A DNA stretch of 64,000 bases from Antedon mediterranea (taxonomy: Eukaryota > Animalia > Echinodermata), in NCBI RefSeq assembly GCF_964355755.1, contig NC_092670.1, positions 13,936,795-14,000,794 of the forward strand. Reading direction: 5' to 3'. The notes under the pieces are model-generated. The model worked only from the letters and a program-made list of their open reading frames with translations. It had not been told where the DNA came from and did no database searches. Below, piece by piece: positions 58,129 through 64,000 of the stretch. Made by a program: the position numbers and the translations under genes. Position 1 is the first letter of the stretch. Every line of letters starts with the position of its first letter.

Positions 58129-58839
58129 CTTTACGTAATTGCAGCTATAACAATACTAACAGTGCAAAGGCGTTTATCTGAAAAAAAAAACAAGATAGAT
58201 TTAATATTTAAACTTAAATATCGTAAATCGTAAAGGTAAAATCTTAAAATAAATGTACATATTAAAGCTGTTTAATCGAAAGTAGGAAAATGGCCTAACA
58301 AAAAATGATTGCATCTAACTGATAGTCTTTTTCATTCATTCATTAATTTATTCAATCATTTATTTGTTCACAATCAATTTCATTAATAATAAAGAAGAAA
58401 AGGTACAATTAATTTGGCCCTTTATTAAATTATACCGAACCATTTATTATTTTGAGAGATTTGCATTTCTTTGAACTTATAGAATACCTTGATGAACATG
58501 TGTAATCAAATATTACTGGTATGTCTACCTCATATCTTGCTATATAATCTGATACGGATTTAGAAGGGGTTTGAAGTGGCTTCCCCGGGAAGGACAACCC
58601 CTTACACCATTACCCTCCCATTTCCAGACATAATTATTTTCCCTCACTTGGCACGACAATTTAACACGACTTAATAATATCGTTAATATTCATTCCATAA
58701 TAATAATTTATATTAAACATATTCGTTAAAGTGGTCATTATTAATTTCATATTTACCAAACGAGAAAATCAAACAAGTTCCGTGCATTTGTGATACTACA
58801 TGATGAATTAAAAATACATGCGGACCCGTGTTATGGCCT

Positions 58840-59570
58840 AATTAGTCAAGTTACAATGGAAACGCGGGCGATATAATTATTACATCACCAGGGGAAATTT
58901 ATTTTGGGTACCGACTATTATTAATAAAATTATATCTACATCTATGATTAATTAAATTTAGATACTATTTTGTAATGGATGTTGTAACGAAGATGATTCC
59001 TAATGAAAATTACATTAATTGGCGATGACCTCAATAAATTATTAGTGAATAACTACAATATTATTACTGCAAAATGACCAAGGCCTAGTGTATGTCGTCA
59101 CTGAGATGATACAATGCAATTATGGCAACGACGTAGACGCCGGCCATAACATTTTATTATAAATTAATGTACAAATTATTATTACTTATAATATAACTAA
59201 GGTATAATTAAACCTAAAAGTGTCGTTTGGGAAAAATGTTTTAGATATATTTTAGATAATTAGTCAAGTTACAATGGAAACGCGGACGATATAATTATTA
59301 TTTCTTTATTCCAAATTTCTTTTGGGTACCGACTATTATTAATAAAATTATATCTACATCTATGATTAATTAAATTTAGATACTATTTTGTAATGGATGT
59401 TGTAACGAAGATGATTCCTAATGAAAATTACATTGACGATGACCTCAATAAATTATTAGTGAATAACTACAATATTATTGAGATGAGATGATGCACAAAT
59501 TATTATGACTTATAATATAACTAAAGTATAATTAAACCTAAAAGTGTCGTTTGGGAAAAATGTTTTAGAT
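58840..59570. repeat. Tandem duplication with ~418-bp spacing; second copy has deletions
   Basis: AATTAGTCAAGTTACAATGGAAACGCG at about 58840 and 59258; both copies end GGGAAAAATGTTTTAGATA. Confidence 0.9.
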
Positions 59571-61212
59571 ACATACCTAATGTATTATCAACAGTCCTAC
59601 CACACTGTAATACGAGCAATTATAATGAGAGCTAAAATGTTTTTGTATGTTCGTATACTAACACAGTGATGCTCGTATGTTTTAAATTTACCATCAATTT
59701 CAATAATACCAGCAAAACACGGGTTACTTTCAATAAAAGTATCACTGACCTTGCAGAGATCGATAACAATAATATTAATTGAATGTCCATATGCTGCTTA
59801 TACATTGAAGCTCGTTAAATAATTGGTTTTAATAAGTGCATGACATTTTTATTTGTAAGTAAATCCTTTTATAGATCACGTGAGGCACAGTACATTTCAT
59901 TACGCGTAATTCTAGTATCATTTAAATGGCAGACCAAATTATACACAGGTAGCGAACATATTTCTAGCCTTCCGACTTAGTACAGTAATAAAAAAAAGCG
60001 CGCAGCGCAATCAATACGTCATCAGCAGCATAGAAATGCGTATGAGTGATACATCAAGCAACGTATTGCATTCAGGTGGTAACAAAGAGAGTTTAGACCC
60101 ACCTCATACAAAATTACAAAAGCAATACAATGGCGCGCTATATTAACTGGCAAATAATAAAACAAGCAGCCTGCATTAAACCAAGTAGAAACGAATTTAG
60201 TGTTAAACAACCGTAAAGCAGTAATGAAAATGAGCGCTAAACAAAATAATTGCATACATCACAATTGTAGCAAAGCGTTTAGTACCACCCCACCAGGATA
60301 CTGCAGCGATAGAAGCATGAAGCAACAAGCAGCATATCCATACACTAGAAGTAGTAAAGATGAGAACCTACTAACAGCATACAACAATAAAGGCGAGGAT
60401 TGACATGACAAATGAGTTTTGTGATACCTTTTAATAACAGAAGTAGGCATACAATATGCATCAAACAACCTCCTATCCATAGCCTACACCAGAAGTAGCA
60501 AACCGTTTAGTTACCGACCTAAGAATCATTAACAGCATGAGAAAGGCCAGCTACGTTGACTTAAAAGTGACACAACAAGCAGATCTGCATACACGAAAGT
60601 AGCAAAAGGCGTTTAGTGCTTGCCTATCTTTAAAAAAGGTAATAGAAAAAGATGCAGATAACTGATGCATCAACCATACATACATCGCAGCAGCAAATAT
60701 GTGTAAACTTACCTACAACTGTATAAGCAGCAACGGAAAACGGTGGGCTACTGTTTGATGCAACAAGACCCGTATTAAGCGCCTATACTTCTGGTGGTGA
60801 TGATGTTCAGTATCAACGAAAATATTAATTTCAAAAGAAAAACAATTCCATTATATACTGCTGTAAACATTGGATTAATTATATTAATACGACCTACTAG
60901 CCTTATTTTCACTCATGCACAACACATTTGATTTTTAATTGATGTAAATCATATCGTCATTACAAATACTTCAAAGGCCACCTATCTGTCATCAACATAA
61001 ACGCCATTAATATAATAATTGTAACATATGTTTTGGAACATGAAAATTATCCTATTTACGATTTCATCCTCAAACAGCTGTTGCTTGCAACCCATATTTT
61101 CAAATAAACAACTCGTATTTTATGTATTGTATAACGACTGATTTAATTAGGGAACTAATAGGCCTACTACTACACACATTTCTATATAATACAGAAATCA
61201 AGGAATTGTATG

Positions 61213-61530
61213 TGATTGATTGATTGAAATTTATATCTATACTGGGTAACCTCTTCAGTCAAAGACTGGTCTCCCAGAGGGTCCAGTTGGTGATCAGTGG
61301 CTGTGATGTACTAATACACCGGGGTAACCCCCTACTCGTCTTGAAAGATGTACTAGGTTCTTTAAAGTGCACACGAGCTATAGATCTGTACACTTGACCT
61401 ACGATTTAAGACTCGTTCTACCACCAGAACCATGGAGTGAGTGAGCCTCGAACCCCTACCGATGTTATGGCTAGGTAATTACGGTTCCACTGTCTTAACC
61501 GCTAGGCCACTCACTCACTCACTCACTCAC
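61213..61530 (-). mobile_element. Second copy of the tRNA/Deu-like SINE
   Basis: Highly similar to 49902-50219 with a small core deletion, an (AATC)n tail and an expanded (GAGT)n head. Confidence 0.85.
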
Positions 61531-64000
61531 TATAACCTTTAATATTCTGCGGCATTTGTGACCAATGGTTCCAGAAGACTATTAACAGTGACAAGGTGGC
61601 TTAGTGTCAAAATATATGTTTCCTCTAGTTTTTATCTTCTTAATCGAGATGTCCTAATAGGGGTATCTCTCAAAATGTGTGTGCCTTATGATGTGCCTTG
61701 ACAGGGGTAGTCCCTTGAAGGGTGTCTCTTAAAAAGTGTGTGCCTTATAATGGTGTCCTTTGGGAATACCTTACTAGTGGTGTCCCCCAAATAGAGGGAT
61801 TTATACAGTTAGTGTATGTGTAAAAACATAAAGAATGTTTTCGATTTTTTTTTTGAAAATATTGATTTAAGTGTAAACTTGTACAATCCCTGAAGTGACT
61901 ACGTCTGTCGCAAATAAAGGAATTTGTTACTCGTCCTCCAGTTTTGCTCGAGTTTTGAAATTAACAACAAAAATCAGCGTTGTTTTGAAAACTTAGTGTT
62001 ATTGTGAAACAACTTGGAAGTTTGTGTCAAGAAACTGCTATTAATAACGACTTAGCCGGTTAATTTATTGCGTAAACACCAATCCTTCTGTTAATTCGGT
62101 CATCATATCATGTCGATGATTTACATGACCCAATTAAAATAATTTGCGAGTTAACTTTGCAAATACCTGAAAAACCCTTATAACTGTAAACATGAAGGCA
62201 TGTTAATTTCAGTATCACACTGCAATTCAATCTACTAACTCGTGTATTTTATTTATAACGATAAACATGTCCTTTTTCTTGATCTTCTCTACCTGAACAA
62301 GAGTAACGGTTCTTACCTGTAATCACCTTTTAATATAATGTATTGCCATTTTATCTTTATTAATGTTACAAATAATAAATAAAAATTAAAAATAATATTA
62401 ATAAAAACTGAAATCTAATGCAAAAAATGGTCAAATTTAATGGAAGTCCATGGGCTCTTGGTTGAATTTAACCCTTTATTTGTCTTTTTATAAGTGGAAG
62501 CTTGGAATGCAAACAAATGTTCAAATTGAATGGAAGTCAATGTGCTTTTGGTTGAATTTAGGCCTAACCCTTTATTTATCTTTTTATAAGTGGAAAACGT
62601 TTTTATTTAACGGAAGTGATTTACTTATATTAAAACTGTTTGGTTAGAAATAAATATAATGGTGGTTTACCACACAAGCGAAAAAGGTGTGTTTTTTTCT
62701 GGAATATACCAGGAAAGAGAAAAAAATCAAATAATTACATTTAGGAAAAACTTGCTGAATATTTGTACTTTACCAAAGTATATTACAAACAAATAGGCCT
62801 AGAAATAATATAAAACACAAACGAAAAAGTAAAGGCACAATCTACAGTTAGGCCTATCTAGAATGATTAATTGAAGCGGCTCCTCTGTTAACACCACCCC
62901 TCCACCACCGCCACTCCTCCACCCTTTTTACCACCCGTATACGACACTGATGTACAGTACGAGCATGAATACTTACTTCAATACCATAGTCTTGACTATT
63001 TAACTTACGATTGTCATCAAACATAATTTATAAATTCACGTAAGTTATCAAAAGATCGTGAATTAAAATATCAACTGAGAATATCTGCCATAAATATAAC
63101 AAACTAAGACAAACAGACCGATTGACAAACTGACAGAAGAAGTATTAAATCATGTAACTCAACATACATTGTGTTCAACATTATATCATTGTAAATCTTC
63201 TTTATAAAATTATCTTATTTGATTGACATTGTAACAGATGAGTAAAATAATAAAAGTATATAGCCGTACAACAACCAGGAGAAACGTCTAATTAGCGTAC
63301 GTCTCAAGGTCCTTACAGTATAAGATGTGTGTAGCATATTAATATGGCCTAAAATCATTATCTTTGGGTGAGACTTGCTATGTCCTTATATGTGCCTCGC
63401 AGATGTTTCCTATATAATTTTATTATTCTATCTGGGATGTTCAGAATCCAGTAAAGAGTTGATTTGCAATCAACATGAATACCTTAATGTATTAAATAAT
63501 ATAATTATTGTTATTCCTTTACTAGAATTTGTATTGGTATTTCGGTAAAAACATAATTAAAATGGATTAAAGTTTTACGTTATTATGGGCCACAATTATT
63601 GTTAGCTATCTTCAACCATGAATTAAGGCCACTCCAAGTTAAATCCATTAAATATGTATTGTTCCCCACATGAAAAATGAAGATTAATACATTTTTTTAA
63701 ATCCTTGAATGTGCCATTTCGCAGTTTTAATAAAGTTAATTTTTTTTTTCACTTATAAAACCCAAAAACTGTTAAATTAAACTCAAATCCATTGACAAAT
63801 TCAAAATATTCAACAACAAAAATTGTCTTGGTTTTTCCCATTCTGGTATTCAAATTAGGATACACTAATTGACTAGATAGGAACCTAATGACAGCGATAT
63901 CGTGTATTAAAAGTACTTAATACAGTCAGATAGGTCTCTGGTAGACTGTCAACAGTCTTCCACATTGAGTGTACTAACAGCTACAGAATCGGGTGTATTT

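Overview
AT-rich, repeat-dense genomic DNA from a marine invertebrate animal, probably an echinoderm. That assignment is inferred from the Deu/Nin-type SINEs, the intronless rhodopsin-type GPCR and frequent TAGGCCTA motifs. Host genes that can be reconstructed are an intronless class A GPCR (-), a small single-pass membrane glycoprotein (+), ELP6 (-, 7 exons) head-to-head with FAF2/UBXD8 (+, 10 exons, one GC-AG intron), and a TRPC3/6/7-like channel (-, 11 coding exons) with an unusual Cys-rich extracellular loop. The mobile fraction is large. It includes a 7.3 kb deleted EnSpm/CACTA element whose arms have become satellite arrays and whose empty site lies next to it. It also includes a Penelope-like fragment with a minimal hammerhead ribozyme motif, a nested 5.5 kb tandem amplification carrying hairpin MITEs and tRNA-like units, Kolobok-like TTAA elements, Harbinger-like MITEs, LINE 3' fragments and SINEs. 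In two unrelated genes the last codons plus the stop codon have been amplified into tandem arrays. All calls were made by eye without database searches.
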